Assembly (NCBI GenBank): GCA_003558335.1
Contig: PWMA01000144.1
Location: 1 to 37,985 of the forward strand
DNA: 37,985 nt
Origin: Candidatus Methanofastidiosia archaeon
Lineage (GTDB): Archaea; Methanobacteriota_B; Thermococci; Methanofastidiosales; Methanofastidiosaceae
Direction of reading: 5' to 3'
Positions within the stretch are counted from its first letter, which is position 1, and every line of letters starts with the position of its first letter. The notes beneath the pieces were generated by a model that was not told the DNA's origin, searched no databases, and saw only the letters and a program-made list of their open reading frames with translations. Position numbers and translations under genes: made by a program. Positions 9,910 to 19,551 of this stretch are shown here, piece by piece.

Positions 9910-11775
9910 ATGAATAAAAAATTATTGGCAATTTTTTTGCTTGGTATCATATTTACAGGTTTTTTACCAGCCATATCATCAGAAGAAGAGGGCAAATCTA
10001 TTACTATAAAGGTACCTGCAGTTTCGAGAGCTGAATCTGGATTAGAAGGACTTGTTTTTGATGCAACAGTTCTTGTAAAACCTGGAACTGGAAGGGTATT
10101 TGTTGATACCTGGCCACTCTCTGAACTTGATACTCAAGCCTCGGCTAGATTTGCTTCAGTTGTCGCTACCGATATATTAAAGAAACCTCATTCAAGTTAT
10201 GATTATTTTTATACAATTAGGGCTGATTCTCCCATTATTGGTGGCCCTTCTGCAGGGGCGGCACTTACTATAGCAACAATAGCTTCAATAAAAAAGTTCG
10301 ATGTTGACCCAAACGTTATGATGACAGGGATGGTCAATCCAGATGGTACAGTGGGACCAGTTGGAGGGATAATGGAAAAAATAATGGGTGCAAACGAACA
10401 TGGTACAAAGATATTTTTAATACCAAGTGGGCAATCAGTTGTACAAGTAATAGATGAGGGAACAATTGATACAGTAAATGTAATCGAACTCGCAAAAACT
10501 CGTTGGGGTATAAAAGTAGTTGAAGTTGACGATGTCTCAGAAGCCCTATGGTATTTCACAGGCTATAGAATAAAAGAAGATACCCCTCCTTCGAGAGTAA
10601 GTGTTAACACTAATTTCATGAAAGACAAAGCACTTTCAGACTTTATAGATGTAGAAAGACTATCTAAATCAACATCTCAGAAACTAGAATCTGCAAGCAT
10701 CGGTTACAGAGAATATCTTACTTTAATTGACTTTCTCAATAGAGCAGATTCAAATATCGATTTAGCTAAAAATAATCTTTCAGAAAGAAGATATTATAGT
10801 GCTATGAGCAATATATTCAACGCCAGAATACAGTTAAATTACATTAATGATTCTATAGACTTTCTAGTAAATAGAGATCCTACAAATGTTAAAAATAGAA
10901 TAGAAGCAGCCCAAAAAGAACTTGATGAAGCAAATCAGCTAATTTTAGAGGAATCTGCAAATATTAGAGGTATAACTTCATTTGAATGTCTTGCTGCATC
11001 TGAAAAAAGAGCTATAGATGCTGAAAATTTAATTTCAGACGCATGGAGAGAATATTACAATCAAAGATATTCTGATTCTATTTATTATGCAAATTTTGCT
11101 CTTGAAAGGGCTAAAACAGCAAAGTTATGGCTGGATATTAGCAAAGAGAATTCTAGAGGAGAAATAATCATAGATGAATCGCAAATAAAATTCAATGCAA
11201 ATCAAAGAATTGAAGATGCACGATTGAGTCTTGTTTATGCAAGAACTTTGGTGGGTAACAACCCACTATTACAACAAAGTTCAGATTTACTTAGAACTGC
11301 AGAAAAAAGTTATAAAGATGGAAAATATGCCGCAGCCATTTTTGATGCAATAGAGAGTAAAGTTAGATCCAGCGTTTCAATAGAGCTGTGGGCTTCAGGA
11401 GAAGATGTTATAAAACAAAGACTGGAAAGGGCCAAAGAGCAAGCAGGAGGAGCGATTTATCTTGCAAGAAGGGAAGGCGGCGGAGCTCCACTAATGGCTG
11501 AAAGTTACTTTGAGTACGCTTCCACTTTTGAAGAATCCGACAGGATTGCTTCAATAATTTTTTACAAATATTCAAAAGGTGTAGCCTTTGCACTTAGATT
11601 CTTAGACCCTCTAGATCAAACAACACCTAAACAAGAAGTAGAAATAGAAAAGTCGCCAGTTCTAATCACAACTGCTTCTCAAAATAACGTTGGATATTTC
11701 ATTGGAGGGCTTTTATTAGGCTTAATTTTAGGGGGAATAGCCTTTTTTTATAAAAAAAGAGAAATTTATAAATAA
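9910..11775 (+). CDS. Exported, membrane-anchored S16 (Lon-type) serine protease without ATPase domain
   Basis: Signal peptide, GPSAG (catalytic Ser), MTG..NPDG..GPVGG..EK (catalytic Lys), long helical C-terminal region, terminal TM plus KKR. Confidence 0.85.
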   Translation: MNKKLLAIFLLGIIFTGFLPAISSEEEGKSITIKVPAVSRAESGLEGLVFDATVLVKPGTGRVFVDTWPLSELDTQASARFASVVATDILKKPHSSYDYFYTIRADSPIIGGPSAGAALTIATIASIKKFDVDPNVMMTGMVNPDGTVGPVGGIMEKIMGANEHGTKIFLIPSGQSVVQVIDEGTIDTVNVIELAKTRWGIKVVEVDDVSEALWYFTGYRIKEDTPPSRVSVNTNFMKDKALSDFIDVERLSKSTSQKLESASIGYREYLTLIDFLNRADSNIDLAKNNLSERRYYSAMSNIFNARIQLNYINDSIDFLVNRDPTNVKNRIEAAQKELDEANQLILEESANIRGITSFECLAASEKRAIDAENLISDAWREYYNQRYSDSIYYANFALERAKTAKLWLDISKENSRGEIIIDESQIKFNANQRIEDARLSLVYARTLVGNNPLLQQSSDLLRTAEKSYKDGKYAAAIFDAIESKVRSSVSIELWASGEDVIKQRLERAKEQAGGAIYLARREGGGAPLMAESYFEYASTFEESDRIASIIFYKYSKGVAFALRFLDPLDQTTPKQEVEIEKSPVLITTASQNNVGYFIGGLLLGLILGGIAFFYKKREIYK

Positions 11776-11781
11776 AAAATA

Positions 11782-12894
11782 TTAAATTTCTCCTCTATCT
11801 TTTGTTCTTATACATCCTTCTAGAGTTACGCCGCCACCAATTTTAATTGATCCTCTGTATTCTATGCCTTCGCTGATATTTGTGCCATCCATAAGGGTAA
11901 CTGAACCGCCTGATAGAATTCTACTAACACTACAATTGTGGCCTATTAATACATTTCCTTTAGCTTTAATGGTCTTGGCATCGCTGTTAGCTCCCACTGT
12001 AATTTCTCCTTCCGATACGACATCTTTCATCATTTTGCTGTTTTCTCCGATAGTAACATTTCCATTTGCTTCAAGTTTAGTCTTAACAACTGCTTCAGAG
12101 CCTAAAAATACGTCCCCCCCTGAAATAAATTCGCCACCAATTCTTACCCTGTCTCCACATTTAACATCTCCTGTAGTTTTGAGCGAATCGGGTATAACAC
12201 TACCATTTGAAATAAAAGCATTTCCCGCAAAGATTTCCTCTCTTATTTCAGCTTCCTCTCCCATGATAAGCGTTCCATCGCATTTTACAGAACCGTGAAT
12301 CGTTGTTCTATCTCCAAGGGTAACATTTTTCCCAGCTATGATATCTCCTTTAATCAAAGCATCATTTTCAATTTTTACGTTTTCTCTAGTTTTTAATCCA
12401 CCCTTTACAATAATACCTTCACTTATGTCAATGTCTTTGTCAAAAGCATCTAAGACTATTACTTTGCCTCTTTCTGCTTCTTCCATCTGTCTGTTTAGTT
12501 CTTCATTAATCGCTTTAACTCTTTCAAGTTCTCTCTGAACATCTTCAATAAGCTCTTCTTTCTGTCTTAATACAATTATCTCTTTTGATCTTTCGTTATT
12601 TAATTCTTCTTTGTACTTGTCTCTTTCTTCACTAATTTCCTTTATTACATCATGGGTTCTTTCTTCAACTTCTCTGTATTTGTCTTCAGCTTCTTTTAAC
12701 TTCTCAGTGAACTCTTGATTTTCTCTAGTAATTTTTTCAAACTTTTCCTTTATAATTTCTATGTTTTCATACTCTTCTTCATAAACCTTAAGTTGCATCT
12801 TAAGAGCTCTGTTTTCCTTTTCAAGTTCCTCTAGATTTTGCGTGAGCATATTCAATTTTTCATCTTTTTCTTTATTACCGCCAAAAAGGCCCAT
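11782..12894 (-). CDS. Coiled-coil plus beta-helix (bactofilin-like, polymer-forming) protein
   Basis: MGLFGG N-terminus, ~130-aa E/K-rich heptad region, then ~17-aa repeats such as I.G.I.A..NV.LG. RBS GGAGGA. Confidence 0.7.
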   Translation of the reverse strand: MGLFGGNKEKDEKLNMLTQNLEELEKENRALKMQLKVYEEEYENIEIIKEKFEKITRENQEFTEKLKEAEDKYREVEERTHDVIKEISEERDKYKEELNNERSKEIIVLRQKEELIEDVQRELERVKAINEELNRQMEEAERGKVIVLDAFDKDIDISEGIIVKGGLKTRENVKIENDALIKGDIIAGKNVTLGDRTTIHGSVKCDGTLIMGEEAEIREEIFAGNAFISNGSVIPDSLKTTGDVKCGDRVRIGGEFISGGDVFLGSEAVVKTKLEANGNVTIGENSKMMKDVVSEGEITVGANSDAKTIKAKGNVLIGHNCSVSRILSGGSVTLMDGTNISEGIEYRGSIKIGGGVTLEGCIRTKDRGEI

Positions 12895-12955
12895 TTAAAT
12901 TCCTCCTAATATAATAAAATTCTAGTATTGACTATATATATCTTTTTATTTAAAT

Positions 12956-13354
12956 CTATTTCTCATATAACTCTAATAAAATGCCGTGTGTGCTTTTTGG
13001 ATGAACAAAGGCCATCTTTGACTTTCCAGCACCAATTCGTGGCTTTTCATCAATTAGTTTTATCTCTTTATTCTTCATCAAATCTATAGATTTTTCTATA
13101 TCATCAACTAAAATTGCAATGTGATGTATACCCTCTCCTCTTTTTTCTATAAACTTTCCAACTGGACCATCAGGCGATGTGGGCTCTAAAAGTTCTAAAT
13201 GAACGCCTCCAATATCAAGAAATCCAACTTTAACCTTTTGCTCAGAAACTTCCTCTATACCTCTAACCTCTAACCCTAAAACACCTTCATAAAAACTCAA
13301 AGACTCTTCTAAATTATTTACAGCTATACCAATATGGTCTATTTTTTTTATCAC
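12956..13354 (-). CDS. mce: Methylmalonyl-CoA epimerase
   Basis: IDHIGIAV, Q.V.V.F, LELLEP, EGIHHIA, FVHPK..G.L.EL. GTG start overlaps the meaB stop (TAGTG). Confidence 0.93.
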   Translation of the reverse strand: MIKKIDHIGIAVNNLEESLSFYEGVLGLEVRGIEEVSEQKVKVGFLDIGGVHLELLEPTSPDGPVGKFIEKRGEGIHHIAILVDDIEKSIDLMKNKEIKLIDEKPRIGAGKSKMAFVHPKSTHGILLELYEK

Positions 13355-14325
13355 TAGAACACCTCATACAACTTCCTTAATTTTGGCATTAATTCTTCTA
13401 TAACCATGTAAGGATCTTTTTCTCTATTTGCAATCTTTTCTGCAAGTTCTTCTAATTCGTCCTCTGATACGAAACTATACAGATTTTTCATAAATAAGTT
13501 TTGAATTATATTTAACAATTCATTTTTTCCTCTAAATACTCTTTTTTTCCCATAAATACCCGATTCAATTAAGTAAGTATAATGATTGTTTATTGCTTTG
13601 TAGAGATCATCAGCACCATTTTCTTTATTTCCATAAGTTTTTATTATTGGAGGAATCCAAACTTCATTTTTTTCTGAAAGTTCTAACATCATTCTGATCT
13701 CACTTATACATTTCTCAACTCCGTCTGTTTCTGCTTTATTAACTGAAAATATATCCCCTATCTCCATAATTCCTGCTTTTATTGTCTGTACATCATCTCC
13801 CATACCTGGAACTGAAACCAAAACAACGGTATCCGCTACTTTAATAATATCAACTTCAATCTGGCCTGTACCTACAGTTTCAATAATTATAACATCTTTT
13901 CCAAAAGCATCAAACAACTTGATCACATTCGCAGTAGCTTCAGACAGTCCTCCAAGACTCCCTCTAGTTGACATACTTCTGATGAATACTTTTTCATCTG
14001 TGTAATGTCTTTGCATTCTTATCCTATCACCGAGTAATGCGCCTCCTGTAAATGGGCTAGTAGGGTCAATAGTAACAACACCTACTTTTTTCCCCTCATT
14101 TCTATAGTTGAATATTAGTTTATCAACTATACTGCTTTTTCCAGATCCTGGAGGTCCAGTTATGCCTATTATATAGGCATTGCCTGTTAAATTATGTATC
14201 TTAGGCACAATAACTGCAGAAGAAGAGGGATCGTTTTCAATTAAAGTAATGAGTTTTCCAAGTGCCCTTCTATTTCCTGAAATCATTTTTTGTACTAGTT
14301 CTTCAACTGGATACATTTTAGGCAC
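13354..14325 (-). CDS. meaB: MeaB/ArgK GTPase chaperone of B12-dependent mutase
   Basis: GITGPPGSGKS, DPTSPFTGGALLGDRIRM, IIETVG.GQ, K.GIMEI.D...NK. Confidence 0.93.
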   Translation of the reverse strand: MPKMYPVEELVQKMISGNRRALGKLITLIENDPSSSAVIVPKIHNLTGNAYIIGITGPPGSGKSSIVDKLIFNYRNEGKKVGVVTIDPTSPFTGGALLGDRIRMQRHYTDEKVFIRSMSTRGSLGGLSEATANVIKLFDAFGKDVIIIETVGTGQIEVDIIKVADTVVLVSVPGMGDDVQTIKAGIMEIGDIFSVNKAETDGVEKCISEIRMMLELSEKNEVWIPPIIKTYGNKENGADDLYKAINNHYTYLIESGIYGKKRVFRGKNELLNIIQNLFMKNLYSFVSEDELEELAEKIANREKDPYMVIEELMPKLRKLYEVF

Positions 14326-14328
14326 TCT

Positions 14329-14730
14329 TTATATTTTATGAATCATTTCTTTTACATCAGTGATTATTTTTTCAGTGCTTGTTCCAGGCCTAAATATTTT
14401 TTTAACTCCAAGGCTTTTAAGATAGGTTATATCCTCTTCAGGAATAATTCCTCCTCCAAACACAAGAATATCCTCCGCATCTTCTTTTTTTAAGAGATCT
14501 ATTATTTTTTGAAAAAGGTAATTATGGGCTCCCGATAAGATACTAAGTCCTATTGCATCTACATCTTCTTGTAAAGCAGTTTCTACAATACTTTCTGGCG
14601 TCTGTCTGAGGCCTGTATAAATAACTTCCATTCCAGCATCTCTTAAGGCCCTAGCAACGACTTTAGCGCCTCTATCATGGCCATCAAGCCCTGGCTTTGC
14701 TATCAATATCCTTAATTTTTTCTCTGGCAA
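14329..14730 (-). CDS. Methylmalonyl-CoA mutase small, cobalamin-binding subunit
   Basis: [10 protein letters not shown] (DxHxxG B12 ligand), [18 protein letters not shown] start with RBS GAGGG. Confidence 0.92.
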   Translation of the reverse strand: MPEKKLRILIAKPGLDGHDRGAKVVARALRDAGMEVIYTGLRQTPESIVETALQEDVDAIGLSILSGAHNYLFQKIIDLLKKEDAEDILVFGGGIIPEEDITYLKSLGVKKIFRPGTSTEKIITDVKEMIHKI

Positions 14731-14763
14731 TAAAAACCCTCGATTCTTAAAATAAAATATAAT

Positions 14764-14781
14764 CTTAAAATAGTTTTCGGT
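14764..14781 (-). promoter_or_regulatory. BRE + TATA box of the mutase subunit-meaB-mce operon
   Basis: Minus strand ACCGAAAACTATTTTAAG about 35 nt upstream of the TTG start. Confidence 0.55.
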
Positions 14782-14821
14782 TAATTACTAATTTTTATAA
14801 AATTAATCAAATTAACTATAT

Positions 14822-14926
14822 TTAGTCTTCTTCGTAATCTTCTTCAGGAATGAAGAGAGGCTTTTCATCTTCTTTTTCTTCAACGGGAAAGTTTATTTGC
14901 GGTTCTATTATTTTTATCTCCTCCAT
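14822..14926 (-). CDS. Putative 34-aa acidic small protein (not in ORF track)
   Basis: MEEIKIIEPQINFPVEEKEDEKPLFIPEEDYEED*. GAA-rich coding-like composition; minus-strand CTTATATA box near 14972-14979. Confidence 0.55.
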   Translation of the reverse strand: MEEIKIIEPQINFPVEEKEDEKPLFIPEEDYEED

Positions 14927-15043
14927 ATAAAAGTTGTAGCGGTATGTAATACAGGCTTAGATTAATAGGTATATATAAGATTAATCTCTAAGTTAGAATC
15001 ATCGGAGAAAAAAGCTTATATAATTTTGATAGAATTTAGTAAC

Positions 15044-15514
15044 ATGAAAACACTTGTTGTTTATTACTCTAGATCTGGAACTACTAAAAAGATAGCAGAT
15101 GAAATTTGTGATAAAATGAACTGCGATATTGAAGAGATAATAGATAATAAAAATAGAAAAGGATTGTTCGGATGGCTTATTGCTGCATTTGATGCTCGAT
15201 CAAAAAAACTAACTGTGATTGAAAATATCAAAAATGATCCTTCAAAATATGATTTAGTAATTATGGGGACGCCTATATGGGCAGGGTTAATGGCACCTGC
15301 CTTAAGGACATATATCAATCAAAATAAAAATCAATTCAAAAAAGTTGCTTTCTTCTGTACACACGGCGGTTCTGGAGAATTAAAAACTTTTAAAGATATT
15401 GAGGATTCCACAGGAATAAAACCAATTTCAAAGTTGGGCATAAGTGCAAAAGATCTTCAAACTGGTTATGAAGATAAATTAAAGGAGTTTATCTTAGAAA
15501 TAAATAAAATTTAA
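15044..15514 (+). CDS. Flavodoxin-family protein
   Basis: YYSRSGTT FMN loop, GTPIW, FFCTHGG. ATG 15044 with TATA CTTATATAA at 15015-15023, consistent with a near-leaderless mRNA. Confidence 0.88.
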   Translation: MKTLVVYYSRSGTTKKIADEICDKMNCDIEEIIDNKNRKGLFGWLIAAFDARSKKLTVIENIKNDPSKYDLVIMGTPIWAGLMAPALRTYINQNKNQFKKVAFFCTHGGSGELKTFKDIEDSTGIKPISKLGISAKDLQTGYEDKLKEFILEINKI

Positions 15515-16509
15515 TTTTTTAATATTAAATAATTGATAGTTAGCTCTGAAATGTCTGCAGAGTATTCACCCATTCTCCTAATACTTTCAACCATATATAA
15601 AACTGGAACAGCTTGGATACCTAAATTTAATGCTTTGTTATTAATCTCTTCACATTTTTCGATTAGCTTTTCGACAATATCGATATTTTCATTGGCCTTT
15701 TTAATATCCTTTTTAAAATGTGCTTCAAAACTCTTAGAAAAAATATCAAGAGACATATTGCTTGTAGATTCTATTTCTTGAATCATATCTGGACTTAAAG
15801 TGTCTATCGCCTTCAGAACATTTTCACTAAGAATAAGTGCGTGATCTCCAACTCTTTCTAGAATCCTACTTATTAAAAAATAATAACTTGCTTCTTCTTG
15901 GCCCAATCCTATTTTTTTTGAAAGCACTATGTCTGTTAAGATAACATTATATTGATGAGAGGCAAGCCAATAGAGTCTATCCACTTCAAAATCCCTTGAA
16001 ATAACATTTTTTGCCAACTCTTTGTTATTATTTTTTAGTGATTTAATTGAATCTTTGTGCATACTTTCAACAAGAAAATACATTCTTTTGATAGTTTTTT
16101 CAAAAGACATTTCCATTGGACTAAGTAAATCCTTTATTACAAAATGATTCTGTTCTTCATCAACAATCTCAGGACCTATTGCAATCTGTGTAAACATTCT
16201 TATAGATTCTCTAATATGGGGGGGCATTTTTCCATTGGATTTTATAATAATATCTGAATATCCCATTATGTAAGCGCCTACAAGTAGTCTGAAAAGGTAT
16301 GTTTTATCAGTTTCAGAGTCAACAATATACTCCTTCTGCTTTCTTTTTTTTTCAGTTTTTTTATCAGGAGTTACTAGTAGAGTTCCATCTCTTTGAACAA
16401 TAAGGCCAAGTGAATCATTTTTCTTTATGTTTAACGACTTAATCCATTCTTTTGGCAATGTGACAACATAAGAAGACCCACCAGTTATTTGAACTTTTCT
16501 TATTTCCAT
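15511..16509 (-). CDS. Archaeal phosphate regulator: AbrB/SpoVT DNA-binding domain plus PhoU domains
   Basis: RKVQ.TGGSSY.VTLPKEW, D.EVDRL, ILERVGDH, IRR..EY..DI.E; divergent from pstS. Confidence 0.9.
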   Translation of the reverse strand: MEIRKVQITGGSSYVVTLPKEWIKSLNIKKNDSLGLIVQRDGTLLVTPDKKTEKKRKQKEYIVDSETDKTYLFRLLVGAYIMGYSDIIIKSNGKMPPHIRESIRMFTQIAIGPEIVDEEQNHFVIKDLLSPMEMSFEKTIKRMYFLVESMHKDSIKSLKNNNKELAKNVISRDFEVDRLYWLASHQYNVILTDIVLSKKIGLGQEEASYYFLISRILERVGDHALILSENVLKAIDTLSPDMIQEIESTSNMSLDIFSKSFEAHFKKDIKKANENIDIVEKLIEKCEEINNKALNLGIQAVPVLYMVESIRRMGEYSADISELTINYLILKN

Positions 16510-16668
16510 AATACCATTTATTTTATTTCTATTAATTATATAAGTATTTCTGTATTCTATTGTTAAATATATAGAGCTATAGAGAAATCATTTTTATATG
16601 TATTCTTATATATTATAAGTCGAGTAATATTATAAGTGGTTTTAATTTATTCAATTTGGTGATATACC

Positions 16669-17517
16669 ATGAATAAAAAAACAATGAAAATATTTGGTTT
16701 ACTGATGATCTTTATTGTTTTCGGTATGGTTTTTGCTGGCTGTGTTTCTCAAGCTCCAGATCCAAATAGAAGAACCATAACTATAACAGGCTCTACAACA
16801 GTTCTGCCCGTAACTCAATTAACGGCAGAGTCATATCTTGATAAGAATCCTAATGACGACATCCAAATTACAAGCGGGGGATCAAGCGTAGGCGTTATAG
16901 CAGCAGCTGAAAGAACAGCAGATATAGGTCAATCCTCAAGAGATATCACTCAAGCAGAGATTGAAAGGTACCCTGATCTTAATATAATAATAATTGCCCT
17001 AGATGGGCTAGCACTAATTGTACATCCTTCGAATACTGGCGTTTCAAATTTAACAATAGATCAGGTTAAGGATATATTCAGTGGGGAAATAACTAACTGG
17101 TCACAAGTTGGAGGAGATGATAGACCAATAGTTGTAGCTATAAGGGATGCAGCTTCAGGTACAAGAGCTTTCTTTTCAGATTTTGTAATGAAAGGTGAAG
17201 ACTATGCACGTGGAAGTCTAGAAAGAAACTCTAACGGGGCCGTAAGGCAAACTGTCGCTCAGACACCTGGGGCAATTGGTTACGTCGGACTAGGATTTCT
17301 AGACGCCGAAGTCAAAGCAATTAACATCATTAATAATGACGTTCCAGTACAACCAACAGTCGCCAACACTGTTAAAGGAGATTATCCTCTAGCAAGACCT
17401 TTAATCTTTCTTACAAAAGGTGAGCCACAAGGACTTGTGAAAGACTACATAGATTTCGTACTAAGTGAAGAAGGTCAAACAATAGTTACAAAAGCTGGAT
17501 TTGTTCCTATAAGGTAA
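16669..17517 (+). CDS. pstS: Phosphate ABC transporter substrate-binding lipoprotein
   Basis: Lipobox FAGC, GSTTV, GGSSVG, SSR, R...SGTR, YPLARPL. Confidence 0.93.
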   Translation: MNKKTMKIFGLLMIFIVFGMVFAGCVSQAPDPNRRTITITGSTTVLPVTQLTAESYLDKNPNDDIQITSGGSSVGVIAAAERTADIGQSSRDITQAEIERYPDLNIIIIALDGLALIVHPSNTGVSNLTIDQVKDIFSGEITNWSQVGGDDRPIVVAIRDAASGTRAFFSDFVMKGEDYARGSLERNSNGAVRQTVAQTPGAIGYVGLGFLDAEVKAINIINNDVPVQPTVANTVKGDYPLARPLIFLTKGEPQGLVKDYIDFVLSEEGQTIVTKAGFVPIR

Positions 17518-17565
17518 ATTTTTTAAATAAAATTTATTTTTATCTTACAATCAAGAGGTTTTCAA

Positions 17566-19551
17566 GTGCCAAAGAGAAACAGTTCTCGTATCAAAAATAA
17601 GGAACTCCATGATAGTATTCTTGTAAAAAAAAATAGCATTTCCGAATTCATAATTGAAAAATTACTTTTTATCGCAGCTGTTTCTTCTGTAGTTATAATA
17701 TTTTTTATAATTTTCTTTTTATTAAGAGAAGGATTTAGGGCATTTGAACTTTTAGGGATTTTTAACTTTGTTTTTGGGCCAGAATGGGTACCCGTTGGGA
17801 CCCCTGAGAGATTTGGAGCATTTCCATTGATAGTTGGAACTCTTTTAGTTACTGTGGGGGCAATGATATTTTCTATACCCTTAGGTATAGCCGGGGCCAT
17901 ATTTATCTCTGAAATTGCACCTTTTAAACTCAAATCAATCCTGAAACCTACGTTTGAGCTACTTGCAGGAATTCCTTCAGTTGTTTATGGATTTTTTGGT
18001 CTTGTAATTTTAACAGACTGGCTGAGAGTTACTTTTAATCAACCTTCTGGAGATTCATGGCTTGCAGGCTCAATTATTTTAGGAATAATGGCACTTCCAA
18101 CAATAATCAGTGTATCAGAAGATGCAATTGCCTCAGTTCCCAAAGAGTTTAAAGAAGCTTCTTACGGTATAGGAGCAACTAAATGGCAAACTATTAGCAA
18201 GGTAGTTGTTCCTGCCGCAATATCTGGAATTACAGCATCAATAATTCTTGGGATGGGGAGGGCAATTGGAGAAACAATGGCAGTTTTAATGGTTACTGGA
18301 AACGCTCCCATAATACCAAGTCCAATCACCAACGTTTTCTCACCAATTAGAACTATTACTGGTACTTTAGGAATTGAAATGGCCGAAACACCAGTGGGCA
18401 GTATACACTATAGCTCTTTGTTTGGATTGGCAGTTATATTGTTCGCTATGGTTTTAATAATAAATATTGTTGCTGGCAGAGCAATGACTAAAATCAAAGA
18501 AATTCACCATCCATCTTCAAGAAAAAAAAGATTTTCTTTCAAAATATCTGAATCTCAAAATAGAGTAATAAAATATGCTATTTTGATAGCTTTTTTATTA
18601 GGACTAGCTTTCGAAATGTATATTTGGTTTAATTTAACTTATTCTATAGCAATGTTAGGCATGATTATATTAACTTATATAATCCTAAAAAAACTCTCTG
18701 CTAATTATACTCAAAAAATAGCATTTACAATAATCACACTTTCTGCAGCTTTAATTATTTTTATATTAGCAATAATTCTTTTTGATATTACTTCTAAGGG
18801 ACTTCCAACTCTAAGTTGGTCATTCTTAACTCAATATCCTTCTGACATAGGTAGGGCAGGAGGTATTTTTCCTGCAATAGTTGGGACCCTATATTTGGTG
18901 GCAGGAGCAATAGCATTTGCATTACCCTTGGGGGTCCTAGGGAGTATTTATTTGACTGAATATGCAAAAGAAGGCAAAACTACGAAAATAATACGCGCAG
19001 CTGTTGATAATTTAAATGGTACACCTTCTATCGTCTTTGGATTATTTGGATTTGCATTTCTCGTATTGTATTTAAACATAGGCATATCTCTTATTGCAGG
19101 CCAATTAACTTTAGGATTCATGATTTTGCCAACAATTATTCGTACTACCGAAGAAGCCCTTAGAAGCGTACCCAGATCTCTAAGAGAGGGTAGTTTAGCA
19201 ATAGGAGCGACTAAATGGCGCACTATACAAAAAATAGTATTGCCACCCGCTCTACCTGGGATAATAACTGGAACAGTTCTTAGCATTGGGAGGGCTGTAG
19301 GGGAAACAGCGCCTATATTATTTACAGCAGCAGTTTTTTCAAAAAGAAGTATAACTCCTTCCCTTTTTGAACCCGTTATGGCTCTTCCGTATCACCTATA
19401 TGTATTGACTACAAATGTTCCAGGTTCGAGGGAAGCATCTTATGGAACAGCATTAGTTCTTTTAATTATGGTAATTATATTATATGCAATTGCTACTTTA
19501 GTTAGATTAAAATATTGGAAAACAGCAAGAATGGGAAGCGGTTCACTATGA
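17566..19551 (+). CDS. Fused PstC-PstA phosphate ABC permease
   Basis: One 661-aa ORF holds a PstC module ([16 protein letters not shown]) and a PstA module ([15 protein letters not shown]). GTG start with RBS GAGG. Confidence 0.9.
   Translation: MPKRNSSRIKNKELHDSILVKKNSISEFIIEKLLFIAAVSSVVIIFFIIFFLLREGFRAFELLGIFNFVFGPEWVPVGTPERFGAFPLIVGTLLVTVGAMIFSIPLGIAGAIFISEIAPFKLKSILKPTFELLAGIPSVVYGFFGLVILTDWLRVTFNQPSGDSWLAGSIILGIMALPTIISVSEDAIASVPKEFKEASYGIGATKWQTISKVVVPAAISGITASIILGMGRAIGETMAVLMVTGNAPIIPSPITNVFSPIRTITGTLGIEMAETPVGSIHYSSLFGLAVILFAMVLIINIVAGRAMTKIKEIHHPSSRKKRFSFKISESQNRVIKYAILIAFLLGLAFEMYIWFNLTYSIAMLGMIILTYIILKKLSANYTQKIAFTIITLSAALIIFILAIILFDITSKGLPTLSWSFLTQYPSDIGRAGGIFPAIVGTLYLVAGAIAFALPLGVLGSIYLTEYAKEGKTTKIIRAAVDNLNGTPSIVFGLFGFAFLVLYLNIGISLIAGQLTLGFMILPTIIRTTEEALRSVPRSLREGSLAIGATKWRTIQKIVLPPALPGIITGTVLSIGRAVGETAPILFTAAVFSKRSITPSLFEPVMALPYHLYVLTTNVPGSREASYGTALVLLIMVIILYAIATLVRLKYWKTARMGSGSL

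Noticed and set aside
13352..13356. Pyrrolysine-type read-through of the meaB TAG into mce
   Set aside because: mce is in a different frame (TAGTG overlap); this is ordinary translational coupling.
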